From a virus (Duplodnaviria; Caudoviricetes), in the IMG/VR virus record IMGVR_UViG_3300014656_005852, positions 1 through 43,014 of that record: a stretch of 43,014 nt of DNA; one strand, 5' to 3'. Positions 18,706 through 28,520 of this stretch are shown here, one piece after another. Position 1 is the stretch's first letter. Every line of letters begins with the position of its first letter. Both the position numbers and the translations under genes were made by a program. The notes under the pieces were generated by a model. It saw nothing but the letters and a program-made list of their open reading frames with translations. It was not told the origin of the DNA and made no database searches.

Positions 18706-18733
18706 TGTGGATAAAGTTTATTTTGAGTGAATA

Positions 18734-18937
18734 ATGTCAAGAGATAAGATGTCAGATGAAGAGTTGAGAGCATTTGCTATATCTAAAGTAGCCTCTTTGG
18801 CAGCAAACAAAGATGGAATATATAGCATTACTAAAGTGATAGCTGATTCTGTAATAATAATGGAGTTTATTAGAAAAGGTAAGATAGGTAATTTGAAAGT
18901 TGTAGAGGATTATGATGGATGTGCAGAAGAGGCATAG
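18734..18937 (+). CDS. Hypothetical protein
   Basis: 67-aa ORF on the coding strand. Confidence 0.5.
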   Translation: MSRDKMSDEELRAFAISKVASLAANKDGIYSITKVIADSVIIMEFIRKGKIGNLKVVEDYDGCAEEA

Positions 18938-19046
18938 ATCGCATATATCACATAAACGTATCCGAGCTGAAGGTTGGACAAGCCTCCCTCAGCGGTCGAT
19001 TCGGGAAGATACATATTCTATGATTGAGGAGGGTAGTAAGGCATTT

Positions 19047-19517
19047 ATGGCTGATAATTATTATTCTTGGAGTACTACTGAGGCGGCTAGTACCTTTTTT
19101 GCCGAGTCTTCGACTACAGCTGCTTGGCCACCCACAAAGATTTATTCAACGTGGACAACTAACTGGCCACAGGTGGCTCTTCAGGGAAATATTAAAGAAG
19201 GAGGTAGCATAAGAGAACAATTTAAGGACTTGGCACAGAAAATTATCGCAGAAGGAGGTGATAAAGTGGAAATGCGAACATTGTTTAAGGTCTATGTTGT
19301 TGATCCTAGAAAGGGAGGCAAGATTCTTATGAATGGCGAACCTGTTATTGCTGCTAATGAGAATCAAGCAATGCTTAAAGTGGGTGTTGCTAAAGTTGCT
19401 GGAGATGTAGATCTAGATATCGAGCAAGTTGATGTCTATGTAGAGGAAGTAGCAACATTCATTAGGCCTAGAAAAGAGACAGGAAAAGTTAAAATAGTAA
19501 AGGACGAGGAAGACTAG
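19047..19517 (+). CDS. Hypothetical protein (Ser/Thr-rich N-terminus)
   Basis: Part of ORF 18912-19517; ATG 19047 follows GAGGAGG; start uncertain. Confidence 0.55.
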   Translation: MADNYYSWSTTEAASTFFAESSTTAAWPPTKIYSTWTTNWPQVALQGNIKEGGSIREQFKDLAQKIIAEGGDKVEMRTLFKVYVVDPRKGGKILMNGEPVIAANENQAMLKVGVAKVAGDVDLDIEQVDVYVEEVATFIRPRKETGKVKIVKDEED

Positions 19518-19525
19518 GAGCTGTG

Positions 19526-19565
19526 GGCTGGGAGGGGATTGTTTTAAATCTCTTCCCAGCCTTTT
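19526..19565 (+). terminator. Probable intrinsic terminator
   Basis: GGCTGGGAGGGGATT / AATCTCTTCCCAGCC stem followed by TTTT. Confidence 0.65.
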
Positions 19566-19578
19566 AAGGAGATACAAC

Positions 19579-20274
19579 ATGAAGAAAGAAACAATAATTG
19601 CGTTGGTGCTCGACGAAACGGGTTCGATGGCGAATAAGCGTGAGGAAACTATTGCAGGAGTAAATGAATATTTTGATACTATTCAAGAGAAGAATACTAA
19701 AGTATTAATTACCCTTGTAAAGTTCAGCTCTGAGAAGTACGAGGTAATGTGTTCTAATATGCCTGTAAAGAAAGCACCACGCTTGTCAAATAAAAACTAT
19801 ATCCCAAATGGAGGTACACCATTATTTGACTCTGTAGGTAAGACTATAAGGACAATAGAAGCAGAGTGTGCTGGTAAAGGAACTTCTCCAGCTGTGCTGT
19901 GTGTGATTGTTACTGATGGTGAAGAGAATGCCTCTGTGGAATATACTCGTGAGCGTATTTTTGAAGTGATAAAAGAGAGAGAAGATGCTGGTTGGAATTT
20001 TGCCTATCTTGGAGCTAATCAAGACGTCTGGACTACTGGAGTAGGAATTGGTGTAAGAGGGACAAGTACGATGAATTTTGCTGATTCCGGTGGTGGAATG
20101 GTGCTGGGATTAGCAAATGTAGCGGCTGCTTCTAATGCGTATTTAGATAATGATTCTACATTGTCATGTGGGGCAGGGTACTTCCAGAAGAGTTCTGATT
20201 GGTATACTGATACGGATGTAAAGCTGTATCAATCTAGAATTGAAGATAGAATAAAGAAGAGTAAAGATAAATAG
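19579..20274 (+). CDS. von Willebrand factor A domain protein
   Basis: LVLDETGSM MIDAS, GGTPLFD, IVTDGEENAS, YLGAN. Confidence 0.9.
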   Translation: MKKETIIALVLDETGSMANKREETIAGVNEYFDTIQEKNTKVLITLVKFSSEKYEVMCSNMPVKKAPRLSNKNYIPNGGTPLFDSVGKTIRTIEAECAGKGTSPAVLCVIVTDGEENASVEYTRERIFEVIKEREDAGWNFAYLGANQDVWTTGVGIGVRGTSTMNFADSGGGMVLGLANVAAASNAYLDNDSTLSCGAGYFQKSSDWYTDTDVKLYQSRIEDRIKKSKDK

Positions 20275-20287
20275 AAATTATTAGGAA

Positions 20288-20325
20288 GGCTGCCTCTATC
20301 TAGATCAACAAGCTTAGAGGCAGTC
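20288..20325 (+). terminator. Intergenic hairpin (terminator or regulatory) upstream of the RNR gene
   Basis: GGCTGCCTCTA / TAGAGGCAGTC 11-bp stem; no clear U-tract. Confidence 0.4.
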
Positions 20326-20342
20326 ATTATAATGGAGGGGTA

Positions 20343-23189
20343 TTGATGTGTGCTAACTGGTCACAGAATGCGATAACAGTTTTAGAACATAGATATTTAA
20401 TTAAGGATAGAAAAGGAAATATTATGGAGACTCCTGACGGAATGTTGGCCAGAGTAGCTAAAGCAATTTCTGAAGCGGAACTTGATAATAACAAGTCTAT
20501 GTGGAATGATAGATTTCTGAGCATAATGGATAGCTTGGAATTTTTGCCCAACAGTCCATGTTTAATTAACGCTGGTAGAGAGCTTCAACAACTTTCGGCA
20601 TGCTTTGTTTTGCATCCGATGGATTCAATTGAATCTATAATGAACACTGTTAAGTATACCGCCATAATCCATAAATCTGGTGGTGGGGTCGGTTTGTACT
20701 TTTCTAATATTAGACCTGCTAATAGTGTGGTGAAATCAACTTCTGGCGTAGCTAGTGGACCGATTTCATTCATGAAGATATTTAACATGAGTACGGAAGT
20801 GATCAAGCAGGGAGGCGTCCGGCGTGGAGCAAACCTTGGGCTGTTGAAATGCACGCATCCCGACATTTTTGATTGGGTGAGATGTAAAGAAGATTTAACT
20901 CAATTTCAAAGTTTTAACCTATCTGTATCTGTAACGGACGAATTTCTTGAGGCCGCTAAAGAAGACTCTACTTTTTATTTAAAAGATCCTTATACTAAAG
21001 AAAGGCAAGCAATAAAAGCAAAAGAATTGTTCGATTTAATTTGTTATGAGGCTTGGCTGACTGGCGAACCTGGTTTAATTTTTATAGACACAATTAATAG
21101 AAAGAATTTTACGCCATGGTTAGGACCGATGGAGTGTGTGAATCCATGTATTGCTGGCGATACTTTGATATCTACTACTAAAGGCAAAGTGGCGATAAAA
21201 GATCTTGTAGGCAAAAATCCTTTGGTATTTTGTACTGATGGAGAAGAGATCCATATTAGAAGAGCTTTCGATATTAGAAAAACTGGTAGGATGAGGAAAG
21301 TATATAAATTAACCACGAAAGGATTTATTAGTGGAAATAGTACTAGGAGGGAAATTGTAGCCACAGGGGATCATTTATTTATGTTATATGATGGAGGATA
21401 CAAAAAGTTGGAGGATCTTAGAGAAGGAGATAGGCTTTTGCCCTTTTATCAGATGGTAAGAAATTCTAAGGGCTATAGAAATATTCGCGATATAAATAAT
21501 AAGGTCAATGGAGAGGCCCATTATGTTTGTAAATATTTTCATGGTGCTCCTAGCGATAATCAAATACCTCATCACAAGGATGGTGACAAGACTAATAACG
21601 ATCCAGACAATCTCGAGTGGGTTGATAATAGCGAGCATAACAGGTTAAAAATGATTGGAGAAAATAATCCTATTCATAAATTGACAGAAGAGGGAAGGAA
21701 TCCTTTTCAAAGGAATGGTTTTGTTTCGGAAATGAATAAGATAACATGGCAAGATGATACTATTAGGGCTAGAAGAATTAGTGGTATTAAAAGAGCTCAT
21801 GAGAGAATGGGCCATAAAGTTCATAATCATAAAGTTGTGACTGTAGAGTTTTGTGGATATGAAGATGTGTATGATATGAGAGTTCCAGATTTCCATAATT
21901 TTGCTGCCAATGGATTGTTTGTCCATAATTGTGGTGAGCAAAATTTGTATGCCTGGGAATCTTGCAATTTAGGTTCTATTGATATTTCAAAATTTGTTGT
22001 AAATGAAAAAGTAGAGTGGGATAGATTGTCTGAAGTTGTCGAAATAGCAGTACGCTTTTTAGATGATGTAATTGATGTAAATAATTATCCGCATATAAAA
22101 ATTAGGAGAAAAACTCTTCTTACCAGGAAAGTTGGCCTAGGAATAATGGGATGGGCTGACGCCTTGATAAAATTAGGGTATAGGTATGATAGCAATAAAG
22201 CTATTAAATTAGCTAAGAAATTAATGATGAATATTCGTGAAGTAGCTCACATAACCTCTAGAGATTTAGGCAAAGAGAAAGGTTTTTGCTTTGATAAATT
22301 AAAAAGAAGAAACACAACTTTGACTACCCTGGCGCCCACCGGATGCCAAGTAAAAGATAATGTCATTATTACATCAGAAGGAAATAAATCGTTGAGAGAT
22401 ATATTAGAAGATAATAAAATAAATTATTATAGTGTGGAAAAAGTTGGTAAGAAGAGATGGTTTGATATAAAAGATATTTCTTTGCCTACTAATAAAGGCC
22501 AGGCTGTCTCCAATAAAATATACTATAATGGATTTGCCAAAGTGAAGAGGATTGTTTTTGAGGATGGTGGTGAATATGAATTTACAGAAAATCATCCATT
22601 ATTAATTAATAGAGATGGGGCAGAGATGTGGATTTGTGTTGGAGAGTTAAAAGAAGGAGAGAATATTATTAAATTTAATGAAGTATTTGAGACGAGGATA
22701 GCAAAAATTGAAGATAATGGGTATAAACATACTTGGGACATTGAGGTGTTGCCTTCGCATTGTTATTTATTATCAAATGGATGTGTGTCGCATAATACTC
22801 TCAGTATATTAGCAGATTGTTCTAGTGGAATTGAGCCTCTATTCGGTAAAAGTTTTACTAAAACGGTTCTTAATGGCACAGTTTTAGACATGAGTAGTAA
22901 GTATAAAGGAGTGGCGAATGATCTTTTAGTAACTGCGCATGATATTCCAGTAGAAAAGCATATAGAGATGCAGGCGGCCTTCCAGAGTTATGTTGATAAT
23001 TCCGTCTCGAAAACAATAAATTTACCGAATAAAGCCTCTGTTGAGGATGTCAGAAAAGCCTTTTTGTTAGCCCATGAATCGGGATGCAAAGGGATAACAA
23101 TTTTTAGAGATGGCAGTAGAAAAGGACCAATAGAAGCTACCACAGAGGGTGCTCTTTATGAGTGTGAGAATGGAAAATGCCCTATTTAG
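20343..23189 (+). CDS. nrdJ: Ribonucleotide reductase, probably class II (B12-dependent), with two inteins
   Basis: FLPNSP, QLSACFV, GGGVG, QGGVRRGAN, NP|CGE, ESCNLGS, APTG|TLS, SKTIN, C-terminal CENGKCPI; about 536 aa after splicing; no beta subunit in the window. Confidence 0.9.
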   Translation: MMCANWSQNAITVLEHRYLIKDRKGNIMETPDGMLARVAKAISEAELDNNKSMWNDRFLSIMDSLEFLPNSPCLINAGRELQQLSACFVLHPMDSIESIMNTVKYTAIIHKSGGGVGLYFSNIRPANSVVKSTSGVASGPISFMKIFNMSTEVIKQGGVRRGANLGLLKCTHPDIFDWVRCKEDLTQFQSFNLSVSVTDEFLEAAKEDSTFYLKDPYTKERQAIKAKELFDLICYEAWLTGEPGLIFIDTINRKNFTPWLGPMECVNPCIAGDTLISTTKGKVAIKDLVGKNPLVFCTDGEEIHIRRAFDIRKTGRMRKVYKLTTKGFISGNSTRREIVATGDHLFMLYDGGYKKLEDLREGDRLLPFYQMVRNSKGYRNIRDINNKVNGEAHYVCKYFHGAPSDNQIPHHKDGDKTNNDPDNLEWVDNSEHNRLKMIGENNPIHKLTEEGRNPFQRNGFVSEMNKITWQDDTIRARRISGIKRAHERMGHKVHNHKVVTVEFCGYEDVYDMRVPDFHNFAANGLFVHNCGEQNLYAWESCNLGSIDISKFVVNEKVEWDRLSEVVEIAVRFLDDVIDVNNYPHIKIRRKTLLTRKVGLGIMGWADALIKLGYRYDSNKAIKLAKKLMMNIREVAHITSRDLGKEKGFCFDKLKRRNTTLTTLAPTGCQVKDNVIITSEGNKSLRDILEDNKINYYSVEKVGKKRWFDIKDISLPTNKGQAVSNKIYYNGFAKVKRIVFEDGGEYEFTENHPLLINRDGAEMWICVGELKEGENIIKFNEVFETRIAKIEDNGYKHTWDIEVLPSHCYLLSNGCVSHNTLSILADCSSGIEPLFGKSFTKTVLNGTVLDMSSKYKGVANDLLVTAHDIPVEKHIEMQAAFQSYVDNSVSKTINLPNKASVEDVRKAFLLAHESGCKGITIFRDGSRKGPIEATTEGALYECENGKCPI
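21147..21929 (+). mobile_element. Intein 1 in RNR (261 aa) with HNH endonuclease
   Basis: NP|CIAGDT...ATGDH...HHKDGDKTNNDPDNL...FVHN|CGE. Confidence 0.93.
22344..22796 (+). mobile_element. Intein 2 in RNR (151-aa mini-intein)
   Basis: PTG|CQVKDN...FTENHP...TWDIEV...VSHN|TLS. Confidence 0.92.
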
Positions 23190-23216
23190 ACGGAGAAAAA
23201 GAAGGGGAAAAGCAAC

Positions 23217-23603
23217 GTGAATGAGTCTTGTTGGATAGATAAAAGCTATATATGTAATTGTGATATGGATAGATGTTTTGAATGCAATATATTTATTAAT
23301 CATTTTTCTATAATTACCTTTTGTAATGTAATGAATTGCTTGCATAATAGAACATTACCCATGAAGAAGATAGTAGAATATCATAGAGCATATACTCCTC
23401 TAAGTAATGATGCTGGCTATTCTGGAGTGTGTACTAGACGTGAAATAGGGATAGAAGAAAAAGTTCACAATGATAGAAATTATGATTATAAATATAGAGC
23501 TTGTCAACTCTATTCTAATAAGAAGGTTAGTGGACATATGGACTGGAGTCGTCTACCACAAGGCGGGGCGTTGGATAGTGGGAAATATCCGGAGGATATG
23601 TGA
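23217..23603 (+). CDS. Cys-rich hypothetical protein
   Basis: Multiple C..C patterns; no family recognised. Confidence 0.55.
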   Translation: MNESCWIDKSYICNCDMDRCFECNIFINHFSIITFCNVMNCLHNRTLPMKKIVEYHRAYTPLSNDAGYSGVCTRREIGIEEKVHNDRNYDYKYRACQLYSNKKVSGHMDWSRLPQGGALDSGKYPEDM

Positions 23604-24127
23604 AAAGAGAGACAGGCAAGAAACATAAGAGATATCTAGTCAAAGATAGACTTAAAGCTAAAAGATTATTTTTGCAAGGATATAATTTTTATCAGATAGC
23701 TAAGATCATATCTGAAGATACTAAACAGCCATGCCAATCCAGAATAGTGACATTGTGGGCCAAGAAGGGTGGGTGGAAAGAGGAAAAGGAAAAAATGCTT
23801 GTAAGAGTAAATGAAGAAGTTACTGTTGCAGCAGAGAATGACCTCATTAAGAGAAGTGAAGAGCAGAGGAATGCCTATAGGAAAATGATTGAAAGAGGTC
23901 TGGAAGAACTCACTGCTGGTGTAGTTCAGGTTGATAAAATGACGGAAATTGTTCAATTAATAAATACAGGTATTTTAGGTGAAAGGCAAATAAATGCAGG
24001 GTTAGTCTCTTGGAAGTATATTGAGGCGGTAATTACTGCAATAAGTGAAGAAGTACAAGATGAGGGCATACGTAGAAGAATTGCGAAACGATTACAGGGA
24101 CTCACAACAGAATATCTCTCAATATAA
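23600..24127 (+). CDS. Probable terminase small subunit
   Basis: N-terminal HTH ending W...GGW, helical body, position upstream of TerL. Confidence 0.55.
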   Translation: MKRETGKKHKRYLVKDRLKAKRLFLQGYNFYQIAKIISEDTKQPCQSRIVTLWAKKGGWKEEKEKMLVRVNEEVTVAAENDLIKRSEEQRNAYRKMIERGLEELTAGVVQVDKMTEIVQLINTGILGERQINAGLVSWKYIEAVITAISEEVQDEGIRRRIAKRLQGLTTEYLSI

Positions 24128-24140
24128 AAATAGTACTGTT

Positions 24141-24329
24141 ATGGCTCTATGTACGAAATGTAAATACTTGGATTTCCTGGCTGTTTCTGATAAGGGAATA
24201 GAATGTGATCGCTCATATTATACTATTGAGGATAAAGTGCCGTTCTATAAATCTTATTTTGAATTTACAGATGAGCCAATTATTTATCATAAATGTGGAG
24301 GAAAAGTCCGATTAATAAAGTGGAGCTAA
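24141..24329 (+). CDS. Small zinc-binding hypothetical protein
   Basis: CTKC...HKCGG; likely start ATG 24141 within ORF 24045-24329. Confidence 0.5.
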   Translation: MALCTKCKYLDFLAVSDKGIECDRSYYTIEDKVPFYKSYFEFTDEPIIYHKCGGKVRLIKWS

Positions 24330-26041
24330 AAAATCTTCCATTTGAAGAAGCTCTTGCGTATACTAGTTCTATGCTATTAAAGACTGTTGCGGGTGAGCAG
24401 ACTGGTATTACTCAGGAACAAAGAGACTATTATAAAACAAGGCCAGTAGAGTTTTCTCGAGAAATGCTTGGATTTGATCCGTATGATAAGCAAGAGCTCA
24501 TTATGAACAGTGTAGCTAATAATGAAAGGACTACTGTAAGAAGTGCCCACGGTTTAGGAAAAAGTTGGGTAGCTGCCCAATTAGTTCTGTGGTTCATTAC
24601 TTGTTTTAAACCCTCTACTGTTGTCACAACTGCTCCTAGAGCAAAACAAGTTCGTGATATATTATGGAGAGAATTAAATTCACAACATGCAAGGGCAAAA
24701 ACTCCTTTAGGTGGGAAGATGCTCCAAATGAATTGGGAGATGAGTCGTGAAGTAAAATGGTTTGCAACTGGCTTTACCACAGAGGAGCACAATATGGATG
24801 CCTTCCAAGGTTTTCACAATGAAAATATTTTGGTAGTAATTGACGAAAGCTGTGGGGTTGTTACCAATATATTTAATGCTGTTGAAGGCCTATTATCATC
24901 TGGCCAAACAATTAGATTGCTTCTTATTGGCAATCCTACAAATGAAGCTACTGAGTTTGGCAAAAGTTTTAAGTCCCCATTATATACTGCAAAATTAAAT
25001 TTGTCGGCTTTTGACTGCCCTAACTTTGTTAATTACGGAATAACCTTAGAGGATTTTAAAAATGATACTTGGCAGCAAAAAATTACTGGCCCTATTCCAC
25101 GACCATATTTAACTAGTCCTCAATGGGTTGCTGGGAGAGTTTCCTCTTGGGGGATAGACCATCCATTATTTCAAGTAAAGGTACTTGGCAATTTTCCTGA
25201 TGAAACAGAGAATTCCTTTATAGCGTTATCTTGGCTTGATGATGCGTATAAATCAACTTTGCAACCAGATGGGCTAAAAGTCCTTGGAGTAGATGTGGCT
25301 GGTCTCGGGAGAGATGAGTCAGTAGCGACTTTTAGACATGGAGATGTTGTAGTGGAGCAAAGAGTGTGGGGGCAGAGAGACCCTATGGAGAGTGTAGGTG
25401 TAATAGTTAATTTGATCAGAGAATTGGAGCCTGACGTTGTTAATATAGATGCTATAGGTGAGGGATCCGGAGTGTATTCTAGACTGAAAGAATTGGGCTA
25501 TGAGGTCAATGGCTTAAAGGGAAGCAATGTGGCGGATAATTCGACTGAATATTACAATTTTAGATCTGAGTTACACTTTAAATTGCGTAAAAAACTACGT
25601 GATAGGACTATAAAGCTTCCACAGGAGGATTCTCTGACTGAAGAAGCTACTAGCATTAAGTTAGATAAATTGACTAGTAAAGGGCAGCAGAAGGTTGAGA
25701 ATAAAGAGGACTTTAAAAAAAGAATTGGCAGAAGTCCTGATAGACTAGATTCATTAACATTGACAATGTGCGAGAGGGTGCAGGAGAAGATATCTGTTGC
25801 TGGTGATTTATTCTCGAGCTTTACCGGAGGGACGTCTGAAGTAGTTTCTTCCGACAGATTTTCCAATCTAGAAAAATCTCTTACACCATTGACCGAGGCT
25901 GTACCGGGAATTTATAATACTGACAATTTATTATATAATAGAAATAAGGTATGTCCACGGTGTGGACATTCTGAAGGACTAGTATTCTATAAAGATACTG
26001 CCAAGTGTTTGATTTGTAATATTAATGTGGAGGTTCAATAA
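24293..26041 (+). CDS. terL: Terminase large subunit
   Basis: RSAHGLGKS Walker A, VVIDES Walker B, IGNP, LGVDVA..G.D nuclease motif, SPDRLDS. Confidence 0.93.
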   Translation: MWRKSPINKVELKNLPFEEALAYTSSMLLKTVAGEQTGITQEQRDYYKTRPVEFSREMLGFDPYDKQELIMNSVANNERTTVRSAHGLGKSWVAAQLVLWFITCFKPSTVVTTAPRAKQVRDILWRELNSQHARAKTPLGGKMLQMNWEMSREVKWFATGFTTEEHNMDAFQGFHNENILVVIDESCGVVTNIFNAVEGLLSSGQTIRLLLIGNPTNEATEFGKSFKSPLYTAKLNLSAFDCPNFVNYGITLEDFKNDTWQQKITGPIPRPYLTSPQWVAGRVSSWGIDHPLFQVKVLGNFPDETENSFIALSWLDDAYKSTLQPDGLKVLGVDVAGLGRDESVATFRHGDVVVEQRVWGQRDPMESVGVIVNLIRELEPDVVNIDAIGEGSGVYSRLKELGYEVNGLKGSNVADNSTEYYNFRSELHFKLRKKLRDRTIKLPQEDSLTEEATSIKLDKLTSKGQQKVENKEDFKKRIGRSPDRLDSLTLTMCERVQEKISVAGDLFSSFTGGTSEVVSSDRFSNLEKSLTPLTEAVPGIYNTDNLLYNRNKVCPRCGHSEGLVFYKDTAKCLICNINVEVQ

Positions 26042-26541
26042 TGCCATCAACGTTGGGAAGTGATTTGTCAAATTTACCTACTAGATACGCCGTTTCTTAT
26101 GAGGCGATAACTAAAACTTGGAGAATAATTGATGTTAAGCATCCAGAATTATCTAAAGTTCCAAATATTAATCTTATGGAGATGGATACTGACATTCCAG
26201 ACGATCATCCAGCAGTTACTGTAATTAATGAGACAATGTTTTGGCTGCTTGTATCTGAGGCTATTAAAGAGGGGGTCTTAAATCAATCTGTTGCAGGTGT
26301 TTCTGGAGAAGGCAGGAGAAATTCTGATAGTGTATTAGCAGAAGACTTTAATAAAGTTATTGATGAGCTGGCGAGAGAGAAATTAGAAAATGAGAGGCTT
26401 GTAAAAGAGCTCTCAGATACGAAAGATAAATTTCAAGGTCTACAGGGTTCAGAAGAGTTCAGGTTGAAGAAAGACATAATACAATCACTTACTCGTTTAG
26501 CCTTGGCGGAGGATATTAATGAGACTAGGAGAATACCTTAA
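26041..26541 (+). CDS. Hypothetical protein with C-terminal coiled coil
   Basis: Coupled between terL and portal. Confidence 0.65.
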   Translation: MPSTLGSDLSNLPTRYAVSYEAITKTWRIIDVKHPELSKVPNINLMEMDTDIPDDHPAVTVINETMFWLLVSEAIKEGVLNQSVAGVSGEGRRNSDSVLAEDFNKVIDELAREKLENERLVKELSDTKDKFQGLQGSEEFRLKKDIIQSLTRLALAEDINETRRIP

Positions 26542-28351
26542 AAATTACGAGGAAGGACCTAATGAACAGAGGAGACTTGATGGGTTAATAAATTTCTTTG
26601 ACTTCATTAGTAAATCAGAAGAAAATACTGGTCGTTTAGCTACTCTTGGTGTTGACACCTTGGTTAATTCTTGGGTGAGACAGCAATTTGCTTATAGAGA
26701 GCAGCTTCTTGAAGATTTAAACATAATTGCGCATACCATAAGTGAAGTGGCTTCTCCATTATTACATCTTAGAAATGAAGTGTTCAGAAAAGGTCTTACT
26801 TGGGAGCCCAAATTTGGAAAGAAATGTAAGGATTGTGGAGAAGAGCATGAAAATATTGTGGAGGAATGCGACAAATGTCATTCTAAAAATTTGAGAGACC
26901 CAGATAAGGGCCAGTTAGATGTATTTAAGACATTTGTTTCTGACTGCAACTGCTTCGATGAGGATATGGAATCCGTGCTAAAGCAGATGCATTTATCTGT
27001 AAATTCTCTTGATGATGCCTTTCTTTATATAGGAAAGGAGTATATGCAGAAGAAACCTTCTGACCCTATACGTTCGAAGATAATCGAGATTAGAATGTTG
27101 AGGACTTCTGCAGTTGAATTTGATTTAGACCCCAGTGGCCTGCCAAAGAACAATAATTGGATATGTAGATTTCATAGAGAGATACCTCCAGTAAAAAAGG
27201 AGCCTGATGTAGAGGAATTTCCCAAGTGTTCTAAATGTGGCAGAGAATTAGCTCCTGTCATGTATAAGTATAAGCATCGTGGACACATATTGTATTTATT
27301 AGATTCCGAAGTGTGCCATATACAAAAATTCTGGCCCGATATCACATATGGGTTTCCTCCCTTATTGACGATAATTGAGAAGGCTCTTGTTATTTTGGGG
27401 ATGGACCGAACGATCTATAAATATTTCTATGAAAAAAAGATGCCTACCTCATTATTGATGGTAGCAACTGATGACACTGATAGTCTTAGACGAGCAAGGG
27501 CTGAAATTATAGCACAATTAAAGATTAATCCCGATTATGTTCCTATGGTGGGATATTCTGCCAAGACCCAGCGTGGTAGAGTTGACATGGTGAGATTGTT
27601 CCATACATTGCAGGAGATGGATTATCTTCCTGTAAGGCAAGAAATCAGGGAGAGAATAGCGGCTCTATGGGGTCTTCCTCCTATGTGGCAAGCAGAGATG
27701 ACCGGTGCCAGTGGTCTATCATCCCAATCTCAGCAAATGGCGTTGTTTAGCAGAGTTGTAGAGTCCGATCAGAGAATGTTTAATGAAAAGGTATTCCCAT
27801 TTCTGGCAGATGCTTTTGGAATTACTGATTTTGAATTAAAACTCCAGCAGCCGGAGGAAAAGGCGGAAATTGCACGAATCCAAATGTCTCAGCAGCGAAT
27901 ATCGGCAGCTTCAATGCTCAAGCAATTAGGATTTAAAGTAGAGGTAAAGGAAGGAGTGGAGAGTGTTGATGATATAGAATTTAAAGTTAGTGGAGAAATG
28001 GAAGAGCCACAGCAAGGTGGAGGAGCTTTTGGTGGAATGCCATTCAATATGGCCTTAAGCCAGAATCCAGGTTGGACAAACCAGGTAATTAATAAAGGCT
28101 ATAGCATCGATACTTTAGACGATGTAAAAATACTCCAGAATGGCTCTAGTGCATTAATATTTACTGATAATATAAAGAATGGAAAATTCGTGGCGCTGTT
28201 CCAACCTATGGGTAATTTGATTGATATCTATAATGCTGGCAATTTACATCAGCACAATGGGTACCCTCCTCATGATGTGAACATGCCCCACAATACGGTA
28301 TCCAGACACCAGCCTAAAGAAGAAGAAGTGTTTAAAGATGATGATGAATGA
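26519..28351 (+). CDS. Portal protein
   Basis: Follows TerL; DDAFL, YGFPPL, 'EMDY...RERIAALWGLPP' portal pattern. Confidence 0.8.
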   Translation: MRLGEYLKNYEEGPNEQRRLDGLINFFDFISKSEENTGRLATLGVDTLVNSWVRQQFAYREQLLEDLNIIAHTISEVASPLLHLRNEVFRKGLTWEPKFGKKCKDCGEEHENIVEECDKCHSKNLRDPDKGQLDVFKTFVSDCNCFDEDMESVLKQMHLSVNSLDDAFLYIGKEYMQKKPSDPIRSKIIEIRMLRTSAVEFDLDPSGLPKNNNWICRFHREIPPVKKEPDVEEFPKCSKCGRELAPVMYKYKHRGHILYLLDSEVCHIQKFWPDITYGFPPLLTIIEKALVILGMDRTIYKYFYEKKMPTSLLMVATDDTDSLRRARAEIIAQLKINPDYVPMVGYSAKTQRGRVDMVRLFHTLQEMDYLPVRQEIRERIAALWGLPPMWQAEMTGASGLSSQSQQMALFSRVVESDQRMFNEKVFPFLADAFGITDFELKLQQPEEKAEIARIQMSQQRISAASMLKQLGFKVEVKEGVESVDDIEFKVSGEMEEPQQGGGAFGGMPFNMALSQNPGWTNQVINKGYSIDTLDDVKILQNGSSALIFTDNIKNGKFVALFQPMGNLIDIYNAGNLHQHNGYPPHDVNMPHNTVSRHQPKEEEVFKDDDE

Positions 28352-28520
28352 GATCGATAGATATCTGTTCAGGAAAGAAATAGAGATGGAGGCTGATGAG
28401 CTTAAAAAAGAAAGATCGTCAGATTATATAGAGGGATTTGATGATGCTTGTAGGCTATTATTGAGGTATTATAAGGTTGCTTTGGGTGCTGGTAATAGGC
28501 GCATTATCAATGAAAAATAA
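28338..28520 (+). CDS. Hypothetical protein
   Basis: 60 aa, coupled to the portal gene. Confidence 0.5.
   Translation: MMMNEIDRYLFRKEIEMEADELKKERSSDYIEGFDDACRLLLRYYKVALGAGNRRIINEK

Noticed and set aside
20275-20342. Cobalamin riboswitch upstream of the class II RNR
   Set aside because: The gap is only about 68 nt, holds a single hairpin and has no recognisable B12 box
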